DNA from: Minisyncoccia bacterium
Lineage (GTDB): Bacteria; Patescibacteriota; Minisyncoccia; SW-4-49-11
DNA length: 64,000 nt
Reading direction: 5' to 3'
NCBI GenBank assembly: GCA_044341565.1
Contig: JBIIRM010000001.1
Location: 1,159 to 65,158 of the forward strand
A program made the position numbers and the translations under genes. Of the stretch, positions 18,476 to 28,453 are shown piece after piece. The notes below the pieces were generated by a model. That model was not told where the DNA came from and searched no databases. It saw only the letters and a list, made by a program, of their open reading frames with translations. The first letter of the stretch is position 1; every line of letters begins with the position of its first letter.

Positions 18476-18934
18476 ATGGGAACATTACCAGTCCTGTTCT
18501 TTGATTTTAATCTGATGAAATGCCAAGATGCCCAAAAGGTTTGGAAAACGGGTAATCCGATTGAAGGTTTGATGCAATACTTCCCTGAAGCACTACAGTT
18601 TATTCTTCAGAAAGCCAAATGCTTTGCAGAGAACTGTCCTGGAGGGGAATTCGACACACAGGTTAAAGATCTGGCTGGGGCTGGCCAGTATAGGCTTGTT
18701 TATCTTGACGGACAAGATCAATTGGCTGAGCAAATTCACCAAATCCTGGGAGATTGTGCTCTGAATCAGGCATTGTCACGCTATGTTTCAGGGCTCCATA
18801 ATCGTCCCATTCAGATGGGGAACATTTGTTGTAATGCGTGTATTTCAGCAGAACCCGAATTTTTTCAGAATCTGCAGCTCATTGATGTTCAAAAAGCAGC
18901 TATCAAGATTGAAGGGATGAAGACTGGAGACTGA
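18476..18934 (+). CDS. Orphan Cys-rich protein (hairpin-rich, elevated GC)
   Basis: ORF with a CCNAC motif. Start placed at ATG 18476 after AAGGGG. Has its own terminator. Confidence 0.65.
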   Translation: MGTLPVLFFDFNLMKCQDAQKVWKTGNPIEGLMQYFPEALQFILQKAKCFAENCPGGEFDTQVKDLAGAGQYRLVYLDGQDQLAEQIHQILGDCALNQALSRYVSGLHNRPIQMGNICCNACISAEPEFFQNLQLIDVQKAAIKIEGMKTGD

Positions 18935-18957
18935 TTCATCTCAACTAAAAATCCATC

Positions 18958-18988
18958 AAGCCCGGCACCATGTGTCGGGCTTTTCTCT
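18958..18988 (+). terminator. Intrinsic terminator
   Basis: AAGCCCGGCAC-CAT-GTGTCGGGCTT then TTCTCT. Confidence 0.85.
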
Positions 18989-19054
18989 ATCCAAATATAC
19001 GGTTTTATAGTACACTATATAACAAATACTGAAGACAGAATCGATAAGAATAGA

Positions 19055-19756
19055 ATGATATACTGGAATCAAAGAATGGTGATAATTGGAATGGTATTGA
19101 TTGCAATACTATTAATTGTAATTAGTGCTATTGTGTCTCCCCAAGGGGATGAATTATTGGAGAAAAAGGCTTCACTCTCCTATAGTATTATGTCTGAGCC
19201 AAGTAGATTATTTAATGTCGATCAGGAGGCAAATATCCCGACATGGTTTACTGCATCTATTGCCCTCTACACTGCTTTGGTGGCGTCCTTGATTGCGTCT
19301 AGTATGAAGTCTCAAGGGAAAAAATTTGCTGGCTGGAGAGGACTTGCTTGTCTATTCCTCTATATTGCTTTAGATGAGGTTGGGGGATTGCATGAATTAT
19401 TAATTGATCCATTGCGTAATGCATTTGGATTAACGGGTTGGCTATATCAATCATGGGTAATAGTGGGACTTGCTATTGCTCTGATTGTAGGACTTGCCTA
19501 TATACAATTCTTATTCCGATTACCCCGCGGTATAGGGTTTTATTTAATATCAGGAGGTATGATATATGTATTTGGTGTTATTGGGGTAGAGGCTATTGGA
19601 GGACTTGTATTGAGTACAGAGGGGCTTACTAATTGGTATGTACAGCTTGCTCATATTGAGGAATTCTTAGAGATGATGGGTCTTATATTAGCCCTCTATG
19701 CTCTCAGTGAATTTGCTCGCCGTGAATTGAAGTCTATGACTATTGTGTTGAAATAG
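19055..19756 (+). CDS. Uncharacterised multi-pass membrane protein
   Basis: About 7 TM segments with acidic/His motifs EANIPTW, DEVGGLHE and HIEEFLEM. Confidence 0.75.
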   Translation: MIYWNQRMVIIGMVLIAILLIVISAIVSPQGDELLEKKASLSYSIMSEPSRLFNVDQEANIPTWFTASIALYTALVASLIASSMKSQGKKFAGWRGLACLFLYIALDEVGGLHELLIDPLRNAFGLTGWLYQSWVIVGLAIALIVGLAYIQFLFRLPRGIGFYLISGGMIYVFGVIGVEAIGGLVLSTEGLTNWYVQLAHIEEFLEMMGLILALYALSEFARRELKSMTIVLK

Positions 19757-19847
19757 GAGATGTTTGAAATAAATTTAATCGGTTGATAATTATTGACAAA
19801 AATGAAAAAATATGCTATGGTGGGGTCAATTAATGGTGTATAAGTAT

Positions 19848-20948
19848 ATGTCTAAATTTTCTGTACAGAAGCTACGTTACTTTGCTGAGTTATCTTTGTT
19901 GACAGCAGTTTTCATAGGATATATTATATTTGTTATCAATTCATTTATAATGAGAGGTAGTGATTTAGTCATATCTTTATGGCTTATTTTTAGTATATTT
20001 ACTGTTATTTGGTTTAGCTATTCATTATTAAAAATTAAGTCTGTTAGGCGAAGAGTTCGTCGACTATTTGTTTTGAATATTAATTTGATATTAAATAATC
20101 GCATTTTTTGGGCTTTGTTAGGAACTATTAATAAAAGAATACCGTTTATTAAAACAGTATTCTTAGCATATCCTGCTAATCATAAATTTGCGACGGAATA
20201 TGTATTTGATACTATTTTAGAAGAAACTCGATGGCATCTATGGTTTACTGGGTTTTTTATTCAAAATGGTAAAATTGGTATTCAATTTGCAATATCTTCT
20301 ACAGAAAAAGATTTTAGAGATGAGAATAATATTGAAAATCTAAGAATATTATGGCTGAGAATGAATTATCTTAAATCTTTATTAGAAGCTGATCAAATGA
20401 CTTTTGCCGGTATATTACCAGGAATATTCTATAAAAAGAATATTATCCATACGTTACCAATAGAATTAGATGTTACAGTAAAAGCTGTAAAGCAGGCTGT
20501 ATTAAAAGCTATTGATAAATTAAATCTTCCGGATAGCACCCCTATTATTGTATTAGGAGGAAAAGGCTTTATTGGAAATAAGTTTGTATCTGAAATGGAG
20601 AATAGAGAAGTATATTGTATTGATAAACAAGATGCTGACTCACCTGCTATGGAAGATATTCTAAAAAAAGTAAAAGACAAAGTTATTATTCTTAATGTTG
20701 CAACCCAAAAAGCATTACAAGAAAATTTGCTTTATTTCAATGAAAAAGTTATCATAATAAATGAAGTATATCCAGAACCTTCTCGAGAACTTACTCATAG
20801 TCTTAAAGAAAAAGGAGTAACATTATTCCATATTATTGGAGTAAAAGGAAAATCTTTCCCAAATTTCCCAAGAGCTTATAGAGAGGGAATACCATGTTGC
20901 GCTAGTTGGGATAATGATAATCTAGAGGCAAAGATAACACAATTATAA
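19848..20948 (+). CDS. Membrane-anchored NAD(P)-binding Rossmann protein, possibly acyl-ACP reductase/COG5322-like
   Basis: Two N-terminal TM segments, IVLGGKGFIG nucleotide-binding motif and C-terminal GIPCCA. Promoter TTGACA-17-TATGGT at 19793 implies a start at 19833 or 19848. Confidence 0.55.
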   Translation: MSKFSVQKLRYFAELSLLTAVFIGYIIFVINSFIMRGSDLVISLWLIFSIFTVIWFSYSLLKIKSVRRRVRRLFVLNINLILNNRIFWALLGTINKRIPFIKTVFLAYPANHKFATEYVFDTILEETRWHLWFTGFFIQNGKIGIQFAISSTEKDFRDENNIENLRILWLRMNYLKSLLEADQMTFAGILPGIFYKKNIIHTLPIELDVTVKAVKQAVLKAIDKLNLPDSTPIIVLGGKGFIGNKFVSEMENREVYCIDKQDADSPAMEDILKKVKDKVIILNVATQKALQENLLYFNEKVIIINEVYPEPSRELTHSLKEKGVTLFHIIGVKGKSFPNFPRAYREGIPCCASWDNDNLEAKITQL

Positions 20949-20986
20949 TTTTTACATAATAATAAAAACAAAATAAAATTAATATA

Positions 20987-22603
20987 ATGGTGGGATTTGA
21001 TGTAATAAATATATTACTAATCACAATTGGAGTAACAAATCTTGCTTTAGGGTTATTGCTCTTTTTTAGCTCTAATGAAAAACAAGATAAAAGTGGAAAA
21101 TTATTTTCATTGGTTGCATTAGCTGTAGTTGGTTGGATTGTAATGATGATTATATATCGGTCTATTAATAATGTAGATGCTCTTTTAGGAATTACAAAAT
21201 TACTATATATTTCTGCTCTTTTGATTCCAATGGTATTTTTACTTTTTGTAAATCGTTTTATATATGTCAAAATTAATAAAACATTAGAAAAAGCTTTATT
21301 AATTTTCTTGACTTTCCTACTTATATTAACATGGACAACCCCTTATATAATTAGCTCAGTTGTCCTACAAGATGGTATGGAGCATAAAATTATTTTTGGT
21401 AAGCTTTTCTGGATATATGTTATATTCTTAATTGCAACATTTAATCTTGCATTTTATGAATTGATATTAAAATACAAGGAGTTTAAAGGGTTTAAACAAA
21501 AGCAAATTCTATTCATTATCTTAGGGACATCTTTATCTACTTACCCAGCTTTTTTAACCAATTTAATTTTTCCATGGATAGGAATAGTTGCATTTAATTG
21601 GGCTGGACAATTATCTACAATATTTTTGACTATCTTTACTTCTTATGCTATTTTAAAACATCATCTCTTTGATATCAAAATGATTTTATCTGAAATATTA
21701 CTCGGATTAATGGGTATTATTTTATTTGTATATATTTTTGTATCTAAAAATACCTATGAGGTAATAGTAAGTATAATATTCTTTATTATATTTACTGGAG
21801 TCGCCTATACATTATTAAGAGAATTATTAAAAGGAATTACTCGAGAACATCAATTAGAGCGAGCTAATAAGAAATTGATTGAGACAATTGAGTCAAAGGA
21901 TTTATTTCTTCGTATGACATCTCATCAATTGCGCACACCACTTACATCATTAAATGGATTCTTATCTCTCATTTTGGAACAATGGCAAGGTAAATATAAG
22001 ATGAATCAAGTAACTCATGATGATTTGGTTAGAGTATATCTTAATGCTCAGAGACTTATTGCTATTGTAAATGATATGCTCGCTTTTAATGCAATTAAAG
22101 CGAATAGATTTGGAGTTATTATGCGACCAGAAGTAAATGTAAAAGATGAATTAAATTATCTTCTTCAGGACAATAAATATATATTAGAATATTTTCAAAC
22201 AGAAGTTATCTTAAAATCTATAGGGGAAGACTTTAAAATTTCTATGGATAGTGTGAGAATGAAAGAGGTATTTCAAAATTTATTATCTAATGCAGTATAT
22301 TATGGAAAAGGAAAAGTCTGGATTACGATAATTGATGAGGGGGATAGATTACAAATCCGATTCCGAGATAATGGTCCTGGAATAGATGTCAGTATAAAAG
22401 ATAAAATTTTTAAATCTCGATTCCGAGCTCGAGTTGCCGGGGATCAAAATCCTAATGGTTCAGGGCTTGGGTTATTTATTTCTCGTACTATTGTCGGGAT
22501 GCATCATGGGACATTGAAACTCAAAACCCCCGGCTCTTCACAGGGGGCAGTATTTGTGGTAAAAATACCTAAAACTGCTAATCTGGATAAATATGAGGGG
22601 TAG
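20987..22603 (+). CDS. Sensor histidine kinase with N-terminal 7TM-type receptor domain
   Basis: Many N-terminal TM segments; H-box SHQLRTPL; NLLSNA; DNGPGI; GSGLGL. Confidence 0.92.
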   Translation: MVGFDVINILLITIGVTNLALGLLLFFSSNEKQDKSGKLFSLVALAVVGWIVMMIIYRSINNVDALLGITKLLYISALLIPMVFLLFVNRFIYVKINKTLEKALLIFLTFLLILTWTTPYIISSVVLQDGMEHKIIFGKLFWIYVIFLIATFNLAFYELILKYKEFKGFKQKQILFIILGTSLSTYPAFLTNLIFPWIGIVAFNWAGQLSTIFLTIFTSYAILKHHLFDIKMILSEILLGLMGIILFVYIFVSKNTYEVIVSIIFFIIFTGVAYTLLRELLKGITREHQLERANKKLIETIESKDLFLRMTSHQLRTPLTSLNGFLSLILEQWQGKYKMNQVTHDDLVRVYLNAQRLIAIVNDMLAFNAIKANRFGVIMRPEVNVKDELNYLLQDNKYILEYFQTEVILKSIGEDFKISMDSVRMKEVFQNLLSNAVYYGKGKVWITIIDEGDRLQIRFRDNGPGIDVSIKDKIFKSRFRARVAGDQNPNGSGLGLFISRTIVGMHHGTLKLKTPGSSQGAVFVVKIPKTANLDKYEG

Positions 22604-22618
22604 TAATATTGTTGATAT

Positions 22619-25321
22619 ATGAAAAAAAGAAAAGAATATTATCAGCTTACAGCCAAAGAGGTATTAGAATTAATAGAGGGTAATACAGGAGGACTTACTT
22701 CTCAAGAAGTAGAATCTAGACAAATACAATATGGAAAAAATATATTAATTCCAAAACAAGGAATTTCACCCATTTGGTTGTTTTTACGCCAATTTCATAA
22801 TGGGCTTATTTATATTTTACTTTTGGCGGCAGTTATTTCAGCATTATTCCAGCATTGGGTTGATATGTGGATTATCTTTATTATTGTAGGCATTAATGGA
22901 ATTATTGGCTTTAGCCAGGAGTATCAGGCAGAAAAATCGGTGGCAGCTTTAGCTCAAAAGATTTTAGTGAGAGCTAAAGTGTATCGTGATGGAGTATTAC
23001 AAGAACGTGATGCTCAGGATTTGGTGCCTGGGGACATTATTATTTTGGAAGAGGGGGATAAGGTGCCTGCTGATGCTCGGCTTATTGAGGCTACAGAATT
23101 TCAGGCTATAGAAGCATCTTTAACTGGTGAGTCTAATCCCATACATAAATCAATTGATAAAATTGAAGCGACAGTTTCTATCGGAGATAGAATGAATAGT
23201 GTCTGGATGGGAACTCTTATTGCTACAGGATGGGCTAAGGCAATAGTAACTGCCACAGGTTCCAAAACGGCTGTTGGGAATATTGCAAAAGATATTGAAG
23301 AGGTGGCAATTGAGCAAACACATTTTCATAAACAAACAGCGGTATTGAGTCGGCAATTAGGGATATTTGCTTTTATTTCTTCAATGATATTATTTGTTAT
23401 TGGATTTTGGTTTCGGGAATTGCCACTCGATGAAATAATATCTTTTACTCTTTCAGCTTTGGTTGGAGGAATACCTGAAAGTTTACCAGTGGTTTTAGTA
23501 GTGGTTCTTGCTATTGGGGCAAAGCGTATGAGTGATAGAAAAGCAATTATTCGATCTTTTCCTGTTACCGAATCATTAGCGGTAATGGATACGATTATTA
23601 CGGATAAGACAGGTACATTAACTGAAAATAAAATGACAGTACAGAAAATTTGGGTACTTGATCAAGATATGATTTCAGTTATGGGACAAGGATTATCTAT
23701 GGAAGGTGACTTTATACACCAAGATAAAGTGATTACGCCATTAGATCATCCTGCGGTATCTCAACTCATTCATATTGCTGGACTCGCTCATAATGGAAGA
23801 GTATATGAAGATATGACAGATGAGATACATAAATTGAAAAGTATGGGAGACCCTACAGAGGTTGCCTTGGGAGTAATGGCTGCAAAAGGTGGATTAAAAA
23901 AAGAAGCTTTAGATACAGAATGGAAACGAATTCTTGATTTACCCTTTCGTTCAGAAAATAAATATCGGGCCAGTTATGTTAATCATGAAGATAACCATAC
24001 ATATCAGCTTATGGTGATTGGTGCTAGTGAGAAGGTATTAAGTATGTGTAGTCATATTCTCGATTCTTCGGGAAAATCTATTCATCTGACACAATCACAT
24101 ATTGATAAAGTTTCAGAGGCTGTTGCTTTATTGTCTCGTCAGGCAATGAGAGTTATTGCTTTAGCATATCAGGAGCATAAAAGCTCTCTTGCTACTATTG
24201 ATCCTCAGGGAGTAAAAAATTTAGTTTTTGTGGGATTAGTTGGTATTATTGATCCTCCTCGAATGGAGGTGAAAGATGCTATTTTACAAGCTCAAAGGGC
24301 TGGAATTCGAGTAATTATGGCTACAGGAGACCATAAAGATACCGCCCTTGCTATTGCTCAAGCTGTAGGGGTTGCTCAGAAAGGAGATTCAGTAATGGAG
24401 GAATCAGATTTAGTGAAGTTATCGGATACACAATTATATGCTGCCCTTAAACATACTCCTGTTTTGGCTCGATTAAGTCCTCATATGAAATTACGTGTGG
24501 CTGAAGTATTACAAAAACATCATCATATTGTGGCTATGACGGGTGATGGGGTAAATGATGCACCTGCTTTGAAAAAAGCTAATATTGGAATTGCAATGGG
24601 GATTCGAGGGACTGATGTTGCTCGGGAGGCGAGTGATATTGTCCTTACAGATGATAATTTTGTAAGTATTATTTCAGCAGTAGAAGAGGGACGAGTTATT
24701 TTTCGAAATGTTCAGCAAACAAGTTTATTTTTAGTTACGAGTAATATTGCTACTATTGCAGTATTTATATTATGTTTAGCCTTAGGGTATTCTTTACCTC
24801 TCCTTGCAATTCAAGTATTATCTCTTAATTTAGTTACGAATGGAATTTCGGATATTGCCCTTGCTACGGAGCGTAGTCATAAAGATATTTTATTAGAACC
24901 ACCACTTCCCGTTGATAAAAAAGTGATTTCATCAGATAGATATATGTATATTACGGTGATTTCTCTGACAATGATTATTATTGGATTTGGAGGATTTTTA
25001 TTATATTATAGTCAAGGTATTGAACAAGCAAGAACAATGTTCTTTTGGTCTTTTGCAAGTATGCAGTTAGCGAATACCTATAATATGAGGTCTCCTAGGG
25101 AGTCCTTAATGAGTATTGGAGTATTCTCAAATGCTATTATTAATTGGAGTATTCTTTTGTCTATAGCCTTACTGATTGCAATGATTCAGGTCCCATTTTT
25201 ACAACAGGTACTTCAATTTACCAATATCCCTTTACTAGACAGTATTTATTATGGAATATTCTCAATGATTGGTGTGGTGTTGATTGGGGAATTATATAAA
25301 TGGATTATTCGCCGTCAATAA
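22619..25321 (+). CDS. Cation-transporting P-type ATPase (type IIA-like)
   Basis: TGES, DKTGT, TGD and GDGVNDAP motifs; about 10 TM segments. Confidence 0.93.
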   Translation: MKKRKEYYQLTAKEVLELIEGNTGGLTSQEVESRQIQYGKNILIPKQGISPIWLFLRQFHNGLIYILLLAAVISALFQHWVDMWIIFIIVGINGIIGFSQEYQAEKSVAALAQKILVRAKVYRDGVLQERDAQDLVPGDIIILEEGDKVPADARLIEATEFQAIEASLTGESNPIHKSIDKIEATVSIGDRMNSVWMGTLIATGWAKAIVTATGSKTAVGNIAKDIEEVAIEQTHFHKQTAVLSRQLGIFAFISSMILFVIGFWFRELPLDEIISFTLSALVGGIPESLPVVLVVVLAIGAKRMSDRKAIIRSFPVTESLAVMDTIITDKTGTLTENKMTVQKIWVLDQDMISVMGQGLSMEGDFIHQDKVITPLDHPAVSQLIHIAGLAHNGRVYEDMTDEIHKLKSMGDPTEVALGVMAAKGGLKKEALDTEWKRILDLPFRSENKYRASYVNHEDNHTYQLMVIGASEKVLSMCSHILDSSGKSIHLTQSHIDKVSEAVALLSRQAMRVIALAYQEHKSSLATIDPQGVKNLVFVGLVGIIDPPRMEVKDAILQAQRAGIRVIMATGDHKDTALAIAQAVGVAQKGDSVMEESDLVKLSDTQLYAALKHTPVLARLSPHMKLRVAEVLQKHHHIVAMTGDGVNDAPALKKANIGIAMGIRGTDVAREASDIVLTDDNFVSIISAVEEGRVIFRNVQQTSLFLVTSNIATIAVFILCLALGYSLPLLAIQVLSLNLVTNGISDIALATERSHKDILLEPPLPVDKKVISSDRYMYITVISLTMIIIGFGGFLLYYSQGIEQARTMFFWSFASMQLANTYNMRSPRESLMSIGVFSNAIINWSILLSIALLIAMIQVPFLQQVLQFTNIPLLDSIYYGIFSMIGVVLIGELYKWIIRRQ

Positions 25322-25329
25322 AGTTTGTT

Positions 25330-25959
25330 TTATCTTCTGGGCATGATTTTTTGATAGATATTCTCAATAAAGGTTATTCCTCCAGGGAAAAAGTTGAATA
25401 ATACAACGGAAGTATACATTGCAAGAGATATATTGGTATTCCAGAAGGATAAAGGAATAGCAAGTATAGTACTTAATAGGGGTAATAATATACGTATACG
25501 AGTATATTTACGATCTGAGGTATAGAATTTATCTTCATCGATATTATGAGAAAGTCTCATATAGGTTCTGAGTCCATAGAGAATTAAACTTAATAAGGAA
25601 ATATTAATCCCCTAAAAGATAATGGCAAATTGGGTATAATGATATTCCCCTAAAAGATGAGCAGAAAAGGGGAGTAAGGCTACAGAAATAAAGAAAATAA
25701 TATTAAAGTTTACAATATGAGTGTCGATCTTTTTTGCATAATACGATATCATAAATACATGAGCTCTCCAAAGCGTTGCCAGAACAGTGAAACTCAGCAT
25801 ATAGCTTAGAAATAAGGGAGTTAATTGTCTTACTGCTTCTCTAAGTTCTGCATTAGTAACAGTATGATGTATTTCTGGGACTTTAATTTCAATTACGAGC
25901 AATGTCATAACAATGGCAAATATCCCTTCCGCTAAAGCCTCTAGTCGTTGTTTATTCAT
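25330..25959 (-). pseudogene. TMEM175-family K+ channel interrupted by one in-frame TAG (25612-25614)
   Basis: RLEALAEGIFAIVMTLLVIEI signature. The frame reads ...AIIF*GINISLLSLILYGLRTY and runs in frame into the 25330-25560 ORF. Confidence 0.85.
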
Positions 25960-26020
25960 ATAAAAAATATAATACTATGTTTATAGTATTAAGAAATATG
26001 GATTTTGAGTCAATTTAATG

Positions 26021-26434
26021 CTATTTTTCAGCTAATGATTGATAAACTATTTCTGTTAATTTTTGCATTATGGTAAGACAAATAATAATAATAAGTAATC
26101 CTATAAATCCACTAATAGTTACATATTCTTTGAATATAAAACTAATAATTGCTAAGAAAATAAATTTTGAAAAGAATATAATAAGCCATATCACAAATAC
26201 TAAGCCTGCCTTACCCCAGGGATAATTCTTACTTTTATACCAATTTTTAACAATATCTTTGAAGGCAAGAGTATAATAGGTGAGTATTTGTAATACTATG
26301 GATAAGCTAAAGGTAATAGAATATGAATGAGTATCTAATATATCAGTATAATCATTAAAAAACCCCAGTACTACGGAATATAATAAAATTCCGATAAACA
26401 TATTTTTGAAGAGTTCTTGTTTTTTACTTATCAT
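26021..26434 (-). CDS. Small 4-TM hypothetical membrane protein
   Basis: Hydrophobic ORF starting 7 nt after the V-ATPase D gene. Confidence 0.75.
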   Translation of the reverse strand: MISKKQELFKNMFIGILLYSVVLGFFNDYTDILDTHSYSITFSLSIVLQILTYYTLAFKDIVKNWYKSKNYPWGKAGLVFVIWLIIFFSKFIFLAIISFIFKEYVTISGFIGLLIIIICLTIMQKLTEIVYQSLAEK

Positions 26435-26441
26435 ATATAAT

Positions 26442-27056
26442 TTATAATTCCAACAATTCTTTCACCTTCATGATAGTGACTTTTTCTTGGCGAGTAAGTT
26501 CATCTAATGAGCTTTGAATTGATTTCAAATTTTGCTTCATATCAGGAATTATAACATATTCAAGAGCATTTACTCGACGGCGTGTTATTTCGATTTCTTC
26601 AGCCAAAAGGCGAGCGGTGAATTCTATTTCCGCTAATTGTATAATAAGGGGTAATATAGATTGTAATAATGAGAGTGATTGATCTAAATCTTTGGGAGTT
26701 CCAAAAGTTCCATATTGAAAGGGGTCTCCCGTAATATGAGGGATAATATGAGGGGTTTTCACTCCCATAATGGATTTTTTCTGTAATTCTAAATATGTTT
26801 TGGCTTGTGAGAGCTGAATTAATTCTTGAATAGCTTCTTCTGAAATTTTGGTTTGTGCAAAGCGGAATAGTTGTATTGCCTCTACAATTTTAGGGGTTAA
26901 TTCACCTCGAAGTTTTATTACTTCTTGGATAATAGCGAGGAATTCTTGAATTAGGCCATCTCTTTTGTCGGTAAGCAAATTATGTCCTCTGGAAGCTGTT
27001 TTAATTTTCTTCTTAAGTCTTAGGGCCTCTTGTCTGGTAGGCTTTACTGCTGGCAT
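26442..27056 (-). CDS. ntpD: V/A-type ATP synthase subunit D
   Basis: PTR...RGHNLLTDKRD and TRRRVNALEYVIIP motifs. Confidence 0.95.
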   Translation of the reverse strand: MPAVKPTRQEALRLKKKIKTASRGHNLLTDKRDGLIQEFLAIIQEVIKLRGELTPKIVEAIQLFRFAQTKISEEAIQELIQLSQAKTYLELQKKSIMGVKTPHIIPHITGDPFQYGTFGTPKDLDQSLSLLQSILPLIIQLAEIEFTARLLAEEIEITRRRVNALEYVIIPDMKQNLKSIQSSLDELTRQEKVTIMKVKELLEL

Positions 27057-27058
27057 AT

Positions 27059-28444
27059 TTATTTGGAATATTTCTCAATAAATTCAGGCTTGATTTTCTT
27101 TAATTCTTTTTTCGGAAGAATGGATAATAATTCCCAAGATAAATCAAGAGTATCTAATATAGAACGGTTCTCTCGGCGACCCTGAGTAATATATCTTGTC
27201 TCAAAAGCCTCAGCAAATCGGATATAAGCTTTATCTGTCTCGGATAGGGCTGATTCACCAAGTATGAGGGCTAATTCTTTAATTTCCATTCCTTTGGCAT
27301 ATGAGGAGGCCATTTGCTCTTTGACGGCAGATAAATCTTCACGGGTATATTTTTTATTTACTCCAATACGAGAAAGAGATCCAATTGGTTGAATTGGAGG
27401 ATAAATCCCTTGATTATGAAGCTCTCTATTGACCATAATTTGCCCTTCTGTGATATATCCTGTAAGATCGGGGATTGGATGTTGTTTATCATCATCAGGC
27501 ATTGTTAGTATAGGAATTTGCGTCAATGAACCGGTAGATCCCTTGATAAGTCCCGCTCTTTCATAAAGAGTTGCTAAATCGGTATAGAGATATCCCGGAT
27601 ATCCTCTTCTTCCAGGAATTTCTTTTCTGGAGGCTGATACTTCACGGAGGGCGTCAGCATAATTGGTCATATCGGTTAATATAACTAATACATGCATATT
27701 TTTCTCAAAGGCAAGATATTCTCCCAGAGTAAGTGCTAGTCTTGGTAGGGTAATACGCTCTACAATAGGGTCGCTGGCGGTATTGATAAAGAGTGCGGCT
27801 CGCTCCATAGCTCCTGTTTTTTCAAATGAATCGATAAAGAATTGTGCTTCTTCAAAAGTAACTCCCATAGCTGCAAAAATAACAGCAAATGGTTCATCTG
27901 ACTCTACTAAATCAGTACCATTTTTTACTTCAACCACACGAGATTGTTCTGCAATTTGGGCAGCAAGTTCAGCATGAGGTAGTCCAGCTCCAGAAAATAT
28001 AGGGAGTTTTTGACCTCGTACAAGAGCATTTAATCCATCAATGGTAGAAATTCCTGTTTGAATAAATTCACTAGGGAATTGTCTTTGTCCAGGATTGATA
28101 GGGGCGCCATTGATATCTAAATATTTTTCAGCAATAATCTCGGGTCCACCATCTTTGACCTCACCAGCTCCGGTGAATACTCTTCCAAGCATTGATTCTG
28201 CAACACCAAATCTGAGTGTTTCTCCAAGAAATGCAATTTCAGCTGTTTTGGTATCAAGTCCTTCAGTATTGGTAAATAGTTGAACAATGGCGGTATCTTT
28301 ACCAGCCTCAAGTACTCTTCCTCGGCGAATATTTCCTTTTGCATCTCGAATCTCTACAATTTCCTCAAATGCAACTTCGGGTACCTTTTCCACTACTACG
28401 AGTGGTCCGGCAATTTCTTTGATTGTGTTATACCATTTCTTCAT
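27059..28444 (-). CDS. ntpB: V/A-type ATP synthase subunit B
   Basis: [19 protein letters not shown] and [11 protein letters not shown] motifs. Confidence 0.97.
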   Translation of the reverse strand: MKKWYNTIKEIAGPLVVVEKVPEVAFEEIVEIRDAKGNIRRGRVLEAGKDTAIVQLFTNTEGLDTKTAEIAFLGETLRFGVAESMLGRVFTGAGEVKDGGPEIIAEKYLDINGAPINPGQRQFPSEFIQTGISTIDGLNALVRGQKLPIFSGAGLPHAELAAQIAEQSRVVEVKNGTDLVESDEPFAVIFAAMGVTFEEAQFFIDSFEKTGAMERAALFINTASDPIVERITLPRLALTLGEYLAFEKNMHVLVILTDMTNYADALREVSASRKEIPGRRGYPGYLYTDLATLYERAGLIKGSTGSLTQIPILTMPDDDKQHPIPDLTGYITEGQIMVNRELHNQGIYPPIQPIGSLSRIGVNKKYTREDLSAVKEQMASSYAKGMEIKELALILGESALSETDKAYIRFAEAFETRYITQGRRENRSILDTLDLSWELLSILPKKELKKIKPEFIEKYSK

Positions 28445-28453
28445 ATAATTATC

